Part shown: positions 21,014 through 31,243 of the stretch, piece by piece | How the letters are laid out: the number at the start of each line of letters is the position of its first letter | Position numbering within the stretch: the stretch's first letter is position 1 | Source: a virus | DNA length: 39,274 nt | Reading direction: 5' to 3' (one strand) | IMG/VR virus record: IMGVR_UViG_3300045988_104228 | Span: 1 to 39,274 of that record | Program-made: the position numbers and the translations under genes | The notes under the pieces: model-generated | Told to the model about the DNA's origin: nothing | The model's database searches: none | The model's input: the letters and a program-made list of their open reading frames with translations, nothing else

Positions 21014-22386
21014 GCGTTATATCTGCGCTGCTTAATTGCGAGAAAATATATAATTTCAGCGATGCATTCGGGGTCAAAGATATCACGACGCGAGAAATGA
21101 AAACCGCTATCAAGCTATGGCTCGAGATGTATTTTGACCACGAGAGCGACGGTCTCGACGACTGTCAGCGACTGCCCGTTCTCGTCGTCAATAAGCTTAT
21201 AAAGACCACTTTTTCAGAGTATGAGACAAGCACTAAAAACGCATTTGCAGAGCGAGTCCTCGGCGAGCTGGAAGAGATACGGCGCGAAGCGTTTCAGCAG
21301 ACACTTATCTCCGGCGAATGCCTTATAAAGCCTGTACCAACTGCGGACGGGTTTTATTTTGTCCCGATTAGGCGCGATTGCTTTATACCGCTTGCGAGAA
21401 ACGAGCTGAACGAGCTTACAAGTGTTGGAACTGCGGAAACGACAATCGAAGACGGCAAATATTATACTTTGCTCGAGCGCAGGACGGCAGGGCAAGCTTT
21501 AACGATAGAAACAAAGCTCTTTCGGTCAAGCGACTCAAACACGCTCGGCGTGGAAGTCCCACTCGACACGCTCGAAAAATATGCGAATTTAGAGCCTGTG
21601 GCGGTGTTGCCCGTTGATGGAATCGGTCTTGTATCACTCAAAACGCCGCTTTACAACACGGTTGACGGTTCGGCGGACGGCGTAGCGATATATGCACCCG
21701 CGGCACAGCTCATAGCGCGAATCAACCGTAACGAATGGCAACTTTCCCGCGAGTTTGAACTCGGTAGGGCGCGTATAATGGTGCCCGAAGACCTCACCCG
21801 GCAGAAGCCCGGCGAGAACGGAAATACAAAGACGCGCAGTCTCGAGGATGATATCTTTACCGCTTTTGACGAAGATCCGCAGGACTTCGGCGTTACGATA
21901 TTCTCGCCCGCGTTCCGCGAGCAGAGCTATCTTACAAGAAAGACCGAATACCTGCGGAATATCGAAAGTCTTATCGGCTTTAAGCGCGGTATTTTGTCAG
22001 ATGTGCAGGAAGCCGAGCGAACAGCTACGGAAATAACATCTTCTGACGGTGATTATAATCTGACTATAATCGATATGCAGGGGATTTGGACAAAGACAGT
22101 TAAAAAGCTGCTGGAACTTTGCTCGGAGCTTGGCGCACTTTATCATATCGGCGGTTATGCGCCTATCGCCCCGGACGAGGTTACACTCGACTACGGTGAC
22201 GGTGTTCTTTATAACCGCGACAAGACGTGGAATGAGTACTGCGCTATGGTGCAGATGGGACTTATTAAGCCGGAGATAGCTGTTGCGTGGTATTTTGAGC
22301 TGCCGTGGGACACTCCCGAAGCTATCCAAAACATACGAGACAACTATATGCCCGAGATAGAGAGCATGACGGCAGGAGTTGAGTAA
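21010..22386 (+). CDS. Portal protein (SPP1 gp6-like)
   Basis: Size (458 aa) and position after terL; SD GGAGGG. Confidence 0.85.
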   Translation: MSVISALLNCEKIYNFSDAFGVKDITTREMKTAIKLWLEMYFDHESDGLDDCQRLPVLVVNKLIKTTFSEYETSTKNAFAERVLGELEEIRREAFQQTLISGECLIKPVPTADGFYFVPIRRDCFIPLARNELNELTSVGTAETTIEDGKYYTLLERRTAGQALTIETKLFRSSDSNTLGVEVPLDTLEKYANLEPVAVLPVDGIGLVSLKTPLYNTVDGSADGVAIYAPAAQLIARINRNEWQLSREFELGRARIMVPEDLTRQKPGENGNTKTRSLEDDIFTAFDEDPQDFGVTIFSPAFREQSYLTRKTEYLRNIESLIGFKRGILSDVQEAERTATEITSSDGDYNLTIIDMQGIWTKTVKKLLELCSELGALYHIGGYAPIAPDEVTLDYGDGVLYNRDKTWNEYCAMVQMGLIKPEIAVAWYFELPWDTPEAIQNIRDNYMPEIESMTAGVE

Positions 22387-22388
22387 CT

Positions 22389-23555
22389 ATGCTACCGCCA
22401 GATAGCATTGACGCATTGAGAATACTCGCGATGCAAATAACAGACCCGATGACCGACTTCTTGCTACGGGATATCGCCCGCAGAGTAGCCGAAGCGGGGC
22501 AGATAACCTCTACGGCAGGATATCAGATATGGAAGATACAAGAGCTCGGAAAAAGTCAAAAAGAAGTCAAGAAAAAGCTTGCCGAACTGTTGAATGTATC
22601 TCTCGACGAGATAGATGAGATATTTGAACAAGCGGCAGAAGAAGGATATAAATTTGACTTGTCAAAGTTGCCGACCGTTGAAGGTGTCCCGTTCGAGGAA
22701 AACGAGAGCTTACAGCAGATAGTCAAAGCGGCGGTCACGCTTGCGCAGGACGACTTTAAAAATATAACTCAGACAATAGGGATGATAAGCCCATACGGGC
22801 AGAGGTTGCCCTTGTATGACGCATATAACGCCTATTGCGACTATGCATTTAAACAGGTATTCACGGGCGCGACAGACTATAACACGGCGGTTCAGATGGC
22901 TTGCAGAAACCTATATCGGAGCGGACTTGTAACCGTTGACTACGAGAGCGGAGCGAAAGCGTCGATAGAAACGGCGGTCAGGCGTAACATTATGGGTGGT
23001 CTCGGTCTGATGCAGGAAAAAATCAGCGAACAAAATCACGAGAAGTACGGCGCGGACGGCTGGGAAATATCAGCCCACGCCGCAAGTGCTCCCGACCACG
23101 AACCTATACAAGGCAAGCAATACCGCGATGAGGACTATCAGAAGCTCAACGATAGCCTCGTTCGCCGAATCGGCACTTTGAACTGCGGTCATGCGGCTTT
23201 TCCTATCTTTTATGGCGTTACCGAACCTACATACACTGCCGAGCAGCTGGAAGCCTTTAAAAGGGCGAACGCCGACGGCATAACATATCAAGGCAAGCAC
23301 TACACCACCTATGAAGCGACACAGGCGCAGCGGCGGCTTGAAACTGCTATCCGCAAATGCAAGCGAAAGATAACGGTTCTCGAGGGCGCGGGCGACGACG
23401 ATGCACTCAAGGCGGCGAGAACGCGATATACCCGCCTTAATCAGGAATATGCGCGATTTTCCAAAGCGGCAGGACTACGGACACAAACTGCGCGTCTGAA
23501 AGCGGCGGGATTCAGTTATAAACAAGGCAGAGAAGCCGTAAAAGGAAGTGATTAA
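22389..23555 (+). CDS. Head morphogenesis / minor capsid protein (SPP1 gp7 / Mu F-like)
   Basis: Position after the portal; central region GADGWEISAHAASAPDHEPIQGKQY is typical of this family. Confidence 0.75.
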   Translation: MLPPDSIDALRILAMQITDPMTDFLLRDIARRVAEAGQITSTAGYQIWKIQELGKSQKEVKKKLAELLNVSLDEIDEIFEQAAEEGYKFDLSKLPTVEGVPFEENESLQQIVKAAVTLAQDDFKNITQTIGMISPYGQRLPLYDAYNAYCDYAFKQVFTGATDYNTAVQMACRNLYRSGLVTVDYESGAKASIETAVRRNIMGGLGLMQEKISEQNHEKYGADGWEISAHAASAPDHEPIQGKQYRDEDYQKLNDSLVRRIGTLNCGHAAFPIFYGVTEPTYTAEQLEAFKRANADGITYQGKHYTTYEATQAQRRLETAIRKCKRKITVLEGAGDDDALKAARTRYTRLNQEYARFSKAAGLRTQTARLKAAGFSYKQGREAVKGSD

Positions 23556-23690
23556 ATGAACATCTCGGGCAAGGAATACGAAGAGGTAATTATAACCGCA
23601 GAGGACGGCGAAGTTCTTGCGGTTGTCTCAGATAGCGAGATAATAGAAAAGAAAGATGTAAAGGTCATTTTGACCCCAGAACACGATTGA
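23556..23690 (+). CDS. Small hypothetical ORF (44 aa)
   Basis: ATG directly after the preceding stop; followed by a terminator. Confidence 0.35.
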   Translation: MNISGKEYEEVIITAEDGEVLAVVSDSEIIEKKDVKVILTPEHD

Positions 23691-23706
23691 CACAATTCAA
23701 TAATCT

Positions 23707-23739
23707 CAGCGTTTCGCATTCGTGCGAGGCGCTGTTTTT
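23707..23739 (+). terminator. Rho-independent terminator
   Basis: CAGCG-tt-TCGCA-ttcg-TGCGA-gg-CGCTG followed by TTTTT. Confidence 0.65.
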
Positions 23740-23829
23740 ATATCCATTTTTACCCCGCCACTGGTTCATGTGGCTAAATTCTGACCGCAGACAGAGCGGT
23801 ATATAAGCAATGTTCAGGAGGATTTTACT

Positions 23830-24393
23830 ATGGAAAACATTCACGCTATTCTCGAAAAATACGGGGTTACCGTTTCCGAGGATAAGAAAGCAGACTTCGA
23901 CAAAGCAGTCGCGGAGAACTACAAGACCATCGCCGAGTTCGGCAAGGTTACGGCGGCACGCGACAACTTCAAGAGTCAGCTCGACACCGCTACAAACTCA
24001 CTCAAAGAGTTCGAGGGCGTAGATGTTGAGGACTTAAAAGGCAAGATAACAAGCCTCACAAATGACCTCAACACGCAGAAAACAAAATATGAGCAGCAGC
24101 TCGCCGACCTCGACTTCGAGAACGCGCTCGACCTTGCTATAACTGGCAAAAAAGGTAAGAGCGTGAAAGCAGTCAAGGCGCTGCTCGATGTTGACGCACT
24201 CAAGGCGAGCAAAAATCAGCGCGACGATATAGATGCCGCGCTCGAAGCCCTCAAGAAAGATGACGGATATCTTTTTGACGAGGACAACAACATACCTCCG
24301 CCCTATGCTGGCGGAACGGGAAGAAGGCAGAATCCGAACGGCGATATGACTCTCCGTTCTGCGCTTTCCGAGAAATTTTCAAAGAAAGGTTGA
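23830..24393 (+). CDS. Capsid scaffolding protein
   Basis: Alpha-helical acidic 187-aa protein immediately upstream of the major capsid gene; SD AGGAGG. Confidence 0.75.
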   Translation: MENIHAILEKYGVTVSEDKKADFDKAVAENYKTIAEFGKVTAARDNFKSQLDTATNSLKEFEGVDVEDLKGKITSLTNDLNTQKTKYEQQLADLDFENALDLAITGKKGKSVKAVKALLDVDALKASKNQRDDIDAALEALKKDDGYLFDEDNNIPPPYAGGTGRRQNPNGDMTLRSALSEKFSKKG

Positions 24394-24401
24394 TTTAAAC
24401 A

Positions 24402-25397
24402 ATGGCAATTACTCTTGCAGAAGCAAAGGTCGGCATGGCTGACCATGTAGACCAGATGGTTATCGACGAGTTCAGACGTTCGTCTCTGCTCCTCGATATG
24501 CTCACATTCGACAACGCGATTTCACCCGGCACTGGTGGTTCGACTATGACCTACGGCTATATTCAGCTTCAGACTCCCTCCACCGCCACCACTCGTCAGA
24601 TTAACGGCGAGTATGAAGCTAACGAGGCAAAGAGAATCGAAAAGACCGCGAAGGCTATCATAATGGGCGGCAAGTTCAACGTTGACCGCGTCATTGAGAA
24701 TACCTCCGGCGCGGTTGATGAGATAACATTTCAGCTCCGCGAAAAGATCAAGGCAACGACCAACTATTTCCACAACCTCGTTATTAACGGCTCTTCGGCA
24801 AGCACCGGATCAGGCTATGTGACCAACACTTTCGACGGTCTGAGAAAGTCCCTCGCTGGCAAGTCCACCGAGATAACTTCCACTATTGACCTCTCCGATT
24901 CGTCCAAACTCGATGCCAACTATGCCGCATTCCTCGACGAACTTGATGAGCTTGTTCATAAGGTTGACGGTAAGCCGTCGCTCCTGCTCATGAATGGCGA
25001 TATGCTCCTCAAGGTCAGAGCTTGCGCCCGCAGAGCTAGTTATTACTCCCGCGAGCGTGACGAGTTCGGTCGTTGGGTTGAGTATTACGGCGGCATTCCT
25101 ATGCTCGACACGGGCGAGTATTACAACGGCAGTGCGTCCGTTGACTGCATAGGCACTTCCACTCCGTCCTCGACTGCGGCTGGAACTTCGAGCATTTACG
25201 CCGTAAACCTCGGACTTGACGCATTCCACGGCATCGCGCCTACGGGAACGGGCGTTATAAACACCTATCTTCCCGATATGGCTGCTCCCGGAGCAGTCAA
25301 GAGCGGCGAAGTTGAGCTTGTTGCGGGTGCGGTTCTCAAGAATACCCTCAAGGCGGCAGCTCTTAACGGAATTGCCATTAAGCCCAAGACCGCATAA
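24402..25397 (+). CDS. Major capsid protein
   Basis: 331 aa; position between the scaffold and connector genes. Confidence 0.85.
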   Translation: MAITLAEAKVGMADHVDQMVIDEFRRSSLLLDMLTFDNAISPGTGGSTMTYGYIQLQTPSTATTRQINGEYEANEAKRIEKTAKAIIMGGKFNVDRVIENTSGAVDEITFQLREKIKATTNYFHNLVINGSSASTGSGYVTNTFDGLRKSLAGKSTEITSTIDLSDSSKLDANYAAFLDELDELVHKVDGKPSLLLMNGDMLLKVRACARRASYYSRERDEFGRWVEYYGGIPMLDTGEYYNGSASVDCIGTSTPSSTAAGTSSIYAVNLGLDAFHGIAPTGTGVINTYLPDMAAPGAVKSGEVELVAGAVLKNTLKAAALNGIAIKPKTA

Positions 25398-25410
25398 GGA
25401 GTGACTAACG

Positions 25411-25767
25411 ATGACACAGTATGCAGACTACGGCTACTATCTCAATGACTATCTCCACGGCGGGGACGCCATGAGCAAGGACGACTTCGACTTTTTCGCC
25501 GTCAGAGCCTCCAAGGTTATTGAGCGGCACACATTCAGCCGGATTAAAGAAGTGACGGAAGCGATTAAGTCTTGTTGCTGCGAGCTCGCCGAATGTTTAC
25601 AGTCGGAACATAGCGCAGACAACCAGAGCGGCAAGACCTCCGAGAGCGTTGGCAGCTACTCCGTATCTTATGCATCGGCAACCGACAGACACCGCGAGAG
25701 TCAGCAGGAATATAGCCGTATTCTGCATCTGTGGCTCGGTGACACGGGTTTACTTTACAGGGGGTAA
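25411..25767 (+). CDS. Head-tail connector (gp6-like)
   Basis: Size and synteny after the capsid gene. Confidence 0.6.
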   Translation: MTQYADYGYYLNDYLHGGDAMSKDDFDFFAVRASKVIERHTFSRIKEVTEAIKSCCCELAECLQSEHSADNQSGKTSESVGSYSVSYASATDRHRESQQEYSRILHLWLGDTGLLYRG

Positions 25768-25769
25768 AG

Positions 25770-26123
25770 ATGTATACCAACACAAAAGCAACCGTGTACC
25801 GCCTTATAGGGGGCAAATACGAGCGGATATTCCTGCCGCACGTTTTTTGGGATATGAAGTCAACCGCCTCGACGGGCAAAAACGGCAAGACCGAGAGCGA
25901 CACGGTGACGGTTTTTCTGCCGTTGCTCTTGCAGTTTACTCCGCAGAAAGACCTTATAATCAAAGACTCTGTGCCTCTGACGATTGATAACTCGACCGAA
26001 GAAGCTCAGAGCGCGAGCGTAAAAAAGCTTTTTGCCAGGTATGATGTTCACACGGTCATGGCTTGCCGGATGTGCGATTATGGCTCGGCGGAAATGCGCC
26101 ACACCGAGCTTGATGTGAGGTGA
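25770..26123 (+). CDS. Head closure / head-tail adaptor protein
   Basis: Synteny; SD AGGGGG. Confidence 0.5.
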   Translation: MYTNTKATVYRLIGGKYERIFLPHVFWDMKSTASTGKNGKTESDTVTVFLPLLLQFTPQKDLIIKDSVPLTIDNSTEEAQSASVKKLFARYDVHTVMACRMCDYGSAEMRHTELDVR

Positions 26124-26127
26124 TAGC

Positions 26128-26601
26128 GTGTCCGACAAAATAAAGCAACCCGACAATATGGAATATACCGGGACGATAAATGTCAAGATTCACTGGAATC
26201 CGCAATTTGCAAAAGAGATGAACCAAAGGGCGTATAGAATCCAGTGCGTTATCGACTCTGATGTCATTAAGTTTATGACACCGTATATCCCGTATCAGTC
26301 CGGCTTTTTGGCGACAAAGGCATTGACTATCCCTACTGTCATAGGTACTGGCGAAATCCGACAGTTGGGTCCGTATGCACATTATCAGTACATGGGCGAG
26401 ATATATGGTCCCAATATCCCAGTCAAAGAAAAAGGCGAGATTGTGGGTTGGTGGTCACCGCCGAGTAAAGCCCCGACGGGGAGACCGCTGACGTATGATA
26501 CCACAAAAAATCCGCTCGCAGGTTCGCACTGGTTTGAGCGTATGAAAGCTGACCGTGCGGACAAAATTCTTGCCGACGCGCAGGAGGCGGCAAATAGATG
26601 A
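26128..26601 (+). CDS. Head-tail joining / minor capsid family protein (GTG start)
   Basis: Synteny; SD GAGGTG 5 nt upstream of GTG. Confidence 0.5.
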   Translation: MSDKIKQPDNMEYTGTINVKIHWNPQFAKEMNQRAYRIQCVIDSDVIKFMTPYIPYQSGFLATKALTIPTVIGTGEIRQLGPYAHYQYMGEIYGPNIPVKEKGEIVGWWSPPSKAPTGRPLTYDTTKNPLAGSHWFERMKADRADKILADAQEAANR

Positions 26602-27044
26602 ACATAATCGAAACCGTAAAAAAAACACTCTCTCAGTGTCCTAAAATAGACGACTTTTGTAACGGTTTGCATGTCGATTTTTCCGAAAACAAGAGCGGGG
26701 ACTTCGGACTCTATTCTTCGGGCGATGCGCTTGTCGGAAAAGATATTTTAGGCAATGAGAAACGCAAACACAGCTTTGTACTGTACGCCAACGGCAGACC
26801 GTTCAACGAGTTTGACCGACTGGCGCACAGTGCTTTTTTATTGGAGCTGAACTATTGGCTCGAGAAGCAGAAACATATCGCGGTGACATCTGTTGTCGAC
26901 GGCAAAGAGCTGCCGGGCGAGATAACAAAAATGAGCTGCGCAAATGCGATGCTTTTTGCAGTTCCGACAGGGAACGTGAACGACGGCGTCACATATCAGC
27001 TTCAAATCTACGCCGAATATACCATAGAAAGTGAGGAGTTTTAA
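26598..27044 (+). CDS. Tail completion / tail terminator-like protein
   Basis: Synteny immediately upstream of the major tail gene. Confidence 0.5.
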   Translation: MNIIETVKKTLSQCPKIDDFCNGLHVDFSENKSGDFGLYSSGDALVGKDILGNEKRKHSFVLYANGRPFNEFDRLAHSAFLLELNYWLEKQKHIAVTSVVDGKELPGEITKMSCANAMLFAVPTGNVNDGVTYQLQIYAEYTIESEEF

Positions 27045-27550
27045 TGCCTGGAACTACTGCCAATACGGCAAACGCAAAGATAGAGCGCAAATATCTTGCA
27101 CACTACATCGATTCGTCGTTTAATGGCACAACTGCAAACTATGTCCGTTTGGGCAAAGACCTTGAAGAGTATGCGATTGAGATGAATCCGGACTCGGAGA
27201 CGAAGAAGAACATACTCGGCGAGAACTCGACCAATGTCAAAGGTTACGAGCCGCAGGGCTCTGTTGACCCTTATTATGCTTATAGTGGCGACCCGCTCTA
27301 TGAGCACCTTGCGTCCATAATCAACGACCGTGCGACTGGCTCGGCTCTTGAAACAACTGTCGTTGACGCGCTGTTCAAGACCGACGGCTCGTGTGAGTGG
27401 GCGTATCGTGAGAACGCTATTATCATTCCGCAGTCGATAGGCGGCGAAGACGGCGTTCAGATTCCCTTTGAAATCCACTACAACGGCGGACGCACAAAGG
27501 GAACTTTTGATGCGGCAACAAAAACGTTTACCGCAGATTCGTCCAAGTAA
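27044..27550 (+). CDS. Major tail protein
   Basis: 168 aa; position before the chaperone and tape-measure genes; followed by a terminator, typical of highly expressed tail tube genes. Confidence 0.75.
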   Translation: MPGTTANTANAKIERKYLAHYIDSSFNGTTANYVRLGKDLEEYAIEMNPDSETKKNILGENSTNVKGYEPQGSVDPYYAYSGDPLYEHLASIINDRATGSALETTVVDALFKTDGSCEWAYRENAIIIPQSIGGEDGVQIPFEIHYNGGRTKGTFDAATKTFTADSSK

Positions 27551-27552
27551 TC

Positions 27553-27591
27553 AAAAAAGGGGGGCTGCTTCGGCAGCCTCTCTCCCTTTTT
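27553..27591 (+). terminator. Rho-independent terminator (leaky, within the tail operon)
   Basis: GGCTGC-ttcg-GCAGCC core stem with extended G/CT pairing, then TTTTT. Confidence 0.5.
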
Positions 27592-27603
27592 AGGAGGTAA
27601 AAC

Positions 27604-28071
27604 ATGGCACAGCAGCGACAGAGTATAAACTTTGACGACGGCTTTAAAAGCTACGAAATTAACGGCGACCCGCAGAGAATTGTCCGTATAGATACCGCCG
27701 ACTACGGACTTATAGAGCGTCTGCGGAACGCTAAAAACAATATAAACGAAGAAATGAAAAAATATGAGAACGTCAAGATAAAGAGCGACGGTTCGGCAGA
27801 CCTTGACGATGAGACGGCAGCTGATAGTCTCCGCGACCTCGGCAAGTTCATATGCGGTCAGTTCGACTATATCTTCAACTCCGAAGTGTCCGGCGTTCTG
27901 TTCGGCACAGCTTCACCGCTTTCAACTCGCGGCGGCGTTCCGCTTTTCGAGCGCGTTTTCAATGCAGTTCTTCCGATTATAGAAACTGACATAAAATCCG
28001 AGCAGAAGAAAGCCGAAGCCCGTATCAAAAAGTACGAAGCCGAAGCCGCGAGGTTTAAAAATAGCTTATGA
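27604..28071 (+). CDS. Tail assembly chaperone
   Basis: Position between the major tail and tape-measure genes; acidic 155-aa protein. Confidence 0.65.
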   Translation: MAQQRQSINFDDGFKSYEINGDPQRIVRIDTADYGLIERLRNAKNNINEEMKKYENVKIKSDGSADLDDETAADSLRDLGKFICGQFDYIFNSEVSGVLFGTASPLSTRGGVPLFERVFNAVLPIIETDIKSEQKKAEARIKKYEAEAARFKNSL

Positions 28072-28634
28072 TAGGCTATCTTCCGACCACGCTCGAAGTG
28101 GCAGGCAAAGAATATTCTATCTGCTCCGATTATCGCGTTGCGCTTGTCATTTTCGAGGCGTTTGACGACCCGGAACTCAATGAGTATGACAAAATGGCGG
28201 TTATGCTGGACTGTTTATATAAAGAGCCAGACTCGATACCGAGAGAAGCCTGCAACGAGGCGATTGAAAAAGCGTCGTGGTTTCTTGATGGCGGTGAGGA
28301 CTATAAAGAAGCAGGTCAACAGCGACAGAAAAAGGTCATGTCATGGTCTCAGGACGAAAAGATGATTTTTTCCGCAGTAAACAAGACCGCCGGGCAGGAA
28401 GTCCGCGCCGTGCCCTATATGCATTGGTGGACATTTCTCGGCTATTTCGCAGAGATTGGCGAGTGCCTTTTCTCGACAGTCCGTTCTATCCGTGAAAAGA
28501 AGAACAGACACAAGAAGCTCGACAAGTGGGAGCAGGAATTTTATAAAGAACACAAAAAGATGATAGACATTGAGCGCAAATACTCGGCACAGGAACAGGC
28601 AGAACGTGACGCGCTCAATAAACTTTTAGGATAG
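28068..28634 (+). CDS. Second tail chaperone-like protein (phage Gp15-like)
   Basis: Own ATG overlapping the upstream stop (ATGA); directly upstream of the tape measure. Confidence 0.6.
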   Translation: MIGYLPTTLEVAGKEYSICSDYRVALVIFEAFDDPELNEYDKMAVMLDCLYKEPDSIPREACNEAIEKASWFLDGGEDYKEAGQQRQKKVMSWSQDEKMIFSAVNKTAGQEVRAVPYMHWWTFLGYFAEIGECLFSTVRSIREKKNRHKKLDKWEQEFYKEHKKMIDIERKYSAQEQAERDALNKLLG

Positions 28635-28648
28635 CGGGGGGTGATTGA

Positions 28649-30844
28649 ATGGTTGACGGCTCTCTCAAATTTGACACAAAATTTGACACGGACGGCGTGA
28701 ATAAAGCGACGGACATGGTGAATAAATCGGTGTCACGTATGTATCAGCGCGTCAAACAGGCGTTCAGCGGCAAGGAAGTTGACCAATCTACGGCGCGAAT
28801 GAAACAGCTCCAAAACAGCGTTGACGAAGCTAACGCAAAAGTCGAAAAGCAAATCTCGGACATCGAGAGACTACGCGCCGAATATGCCGAGTTGAAAGCC
28901 GACGACGGCTATATCGAGCCCGAAACGGCTATACCTCTGATAGAACAGGCGGAAACGCTCAAAGCGAAAATAGCCGAAGCCAAGCAGCAAGTCGCCGAAT
29001 ATGACAAGCAGTGGGAACAGGGAGTTGCGGGTGCGGACAGCAAGTCAAGCCAGTGGATAGACAAACTCCATTCCTTACAGGAAGAATATGACAAAATTCT
29101 CGAAAAAATCGAGAAAATCGAGAGCAAAGCCGAAGCAAAACATCAGACCGACCGCGACGCACAGCTCAAAGCTTACGAAGAAAAGATATCCGACTCAGAG
29201 GGCAAGCTTGAAGGGCTCAAAAACAAGGCAGAAATAGCAAAAACAAAGCTTAATGAAGCTCTTGACGCAAAAGTACCCAGCAACTTTAAAAGGGGCTTGA
29301 CGGGCGCGACAGAGGGCTTGAGCAGGTTCTTAAAAAGAGTTATGGGGCTTGCAAAACGTGTCTTTGTGTTTACGGTTATTTTAAGAGCTTTGAGAAAATT
29401 GCAAGAGCTTTTAAAGACGATGACCTCGACCGACAAGCAGGTTCAGACCTCTCTCGCCAACATCAAAGGAAATCTGTTGACCGCATTTCAGCCGATTTAC
29501 GAAGTCGCACTCCCCGCGTTGAAAGAGCTGTTATTTGTGCTTGAACAGGTCACGGCGTTTGTCGCGTCGTTCACCGCCGCGCTTTTCGGCAAATCTGTAT
29601 CACAGATGCAGAAAAACGCAAAGGCGCTTAATAAGCAAGCAACGGCGACAAGCAAGGTCGGCAAGGCGGCGGAAAAAGCTTCTCGAAGCCTTGCAAGTTT
29701 CGACGAGCTGAATCAGCTCAGTGATAACAGCTCAAGCAGTTCAGGCGCCACAGATGCGTCGTCTGCGCCCTCGTTCGACAGCAATATCGCCGATATGGAA
29801 ACCAATGTGAAAAAAATAACAGCATATGCGACGATTTTAGCCGGAATAGCACTTGTAATGGTTGGCATAGCCACCGCAAACATATCAGCTGCGCTTTTTG
29901 GAGTTGGATTGATTATAACTGGCATAGCTTTCGGCAAAGGCTCGGGAGCTTTTTCCGGAATTCCGCAGTGGGTGCATCAGATAATCACATGGGGGTCTAT
30001 GATTTTAGGCGTTGTCTTAATAGTCTTAGGCTGTTACCTCGGGTTTAATCCAAAACTTATTTTGGCTGGACTGGCTATGCTCGCCACAGGATTGGCTTAT
30101 GGAAGTGCATCTGGCGCTTTTGATGTGGCTTTCGCGAAAATCTCCGAGTTCAAAGACAACGTTATAAATAAGATAAAAGAGTTTGGCGTAAATGTGAAAG
30201 ATTGGTGGAATTCTAACCTCGCAAAATTCTTTACAAGAGAGTACTGGCAGGAGAAATTCAATAATATCCGAGGAAGGTGCGCTGACTTCAAAAACGCTGT
30301 GTTCAACGGCGCACAGAATTTAGTATCGCGCATAGCGAGTAGTGCATCAAATCTTTGGAATAAAATAACCTCTGGTGCGTCGAGAATGTGGGATTCAATC
30401 AAGAACTCAGGTCGTGACAAACTCAACGGCATAATTTCGCTCGTCGAGCGTTGCATAAATACCGTTGTCAATAAAGCGAATAGAATCTCGTGGAATATTC
30501 CCGATTGGGTGCCCGGAATAGGCGGCAAGAAGTTCGGCTTCAATCTGCCTACCGTCAGCATACCTCGCCTTGCAACAGGTACAGTTGTCCCGAGAAACTA
30601 CGGCGAATACACCGCCATACTCGGCGATAACAAGCGCGAGCCCGAAGTTGTTTCGCCTCTGTCGACGATGAAACAGGCGGTTCGCGAGGTCATGAATGAA
30701 CTCGGCGGGGATAACTCACGCCCGATATCAATTTCAATTTATACCACGCTCGACGGAAAGGTCGTCGGGCAATCGGTAATTGAATACCATAACGGCGTTG
30801 TCAGAAGAACTGGCAAAACGCCGCTCGCGGGGGTGAGCGTATGA
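28649..30844 (+). CDS. Tail tape measure protein
   Basis: 731 aa; long coiled-coil N-terminus; central hydrophobic segments (ITAYATILAGIALVMVGIA...). Confidence 0.9.
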   Translation: MVDGSLKFDTKFDTDGVNKATDMVNKSVSRMYQRVKQAFSGKEVDQSTARMKQLQNSVDEANAKVEKQISDIERLRAEYAELKADDGYIEPETAIPLIEQAETLKAKIAEAKQQVAEYDKQWEQGVAGADSKSSQWIDKLHSLQEEYDKILEKIEKIESKAEAKHQTDRDAQLKAYEEKISDSEGKLEGLKNKAEIAKTKLNEALDAKVPSNFKRGLTGATEGLSRFLKRVMGLAKRVFVFTVILRALRKLQELLKTMTSTDKQVQTSLANIKGNLLTAFQPIYEVALPALKELLFVLEQVTAFVASFTAALFGKSVSQMQKNAKALNKQATATSKVGKAAEKASRSLASFDELNQLSDNSSSSSGATDASSAPSFDSNIADMETNVKKITAYATILAGIALVMVGIATANISAALFGVGLIITGIAFGKGSGAFSGIPQWVHQIITWGSMILGVVLIVLGCYLGFNPKLILAGLAMLATGLAYGSASGAFDVAFAKISEFKDNVINKIKEFGVNVKDWWNSNLAKFFTREYWQEKFNNIRGRCADFKNAVFNGAQNLVSRIASSASNLWNKITSGASRMWDSIKNSGRDKLNGIISLVERCINTVVNKANRISWNIPDWVPGIGGKKFGFNLPTVSIPRLATGTVVPRNYGEYTAILGDNKREPEVVSPLSTMKQAVREVMNELGGDNSRPISISIYTTLDGKVVGQSVIEYHNGVVRRTGKTPLAGVSV

Positions 30845-31230
30845 GTATAGCCGTAATGAAAATCAAAAAAACGGGTACATCGTCATGGAAAACACTTCCC
30901 ACGCCGATGGGCTTAAAACCCGGAATAAATATCATCGACAGCAGCAAGAGCGGGCGTGATAACAACACGGGAACAATGTTTCGCGATATCGTGACGGGAA
31001 AGAACAAATACACCGCCACGATGCCGAGCGGATTGAACAACACGCAGTATGCAGAAATCGCGGACATTATCCTTGCCGACAGTTTCGATTGTTGGTTGCC
31101 GAACCCGAAAACGGGCACATTCGGCACAAAGACATTCTACTGCTCGACGCTCGAAGCAGATATAGAGCGGATATACAGCGAGACTCTTTGGACTTATAAA
31201 GAGGTCAGCTTTAATTTGACCGAGATGTAA
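30841..31230 (+). CDS. Distal tail protein (short Dit-like)
   Basis: Synteny directly after the tape measure. Confidence 0.55.
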   Translation: MSIAVMKIKKTGTSSWKTLPTPMGLKPGINIIDSSKSGRDNNTGTMFRDIVTGKNKYTATMPSGLNNTQYAEIADIILADSFDCWLPNPKTGTFGTKTFYCSTLEADIERIYSETLWTYKEVSFNLTEM

Positions 31231-31243
31231 GGGGGCACGGGCA

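Noticed and set aside
27604-28634. A programmed -1 frameshift joining the two tail chaperone ORFs (gpG/gpGT paradigm).
   Set aside because: The downstream frame has an in-frame TAG at 28062-28064, one codon upstream of its ATG, so no extended fusion is possible. No X XXY YYZ heptamer lies in the overlap. The second ORF has its own ATG (ATGA coupling).
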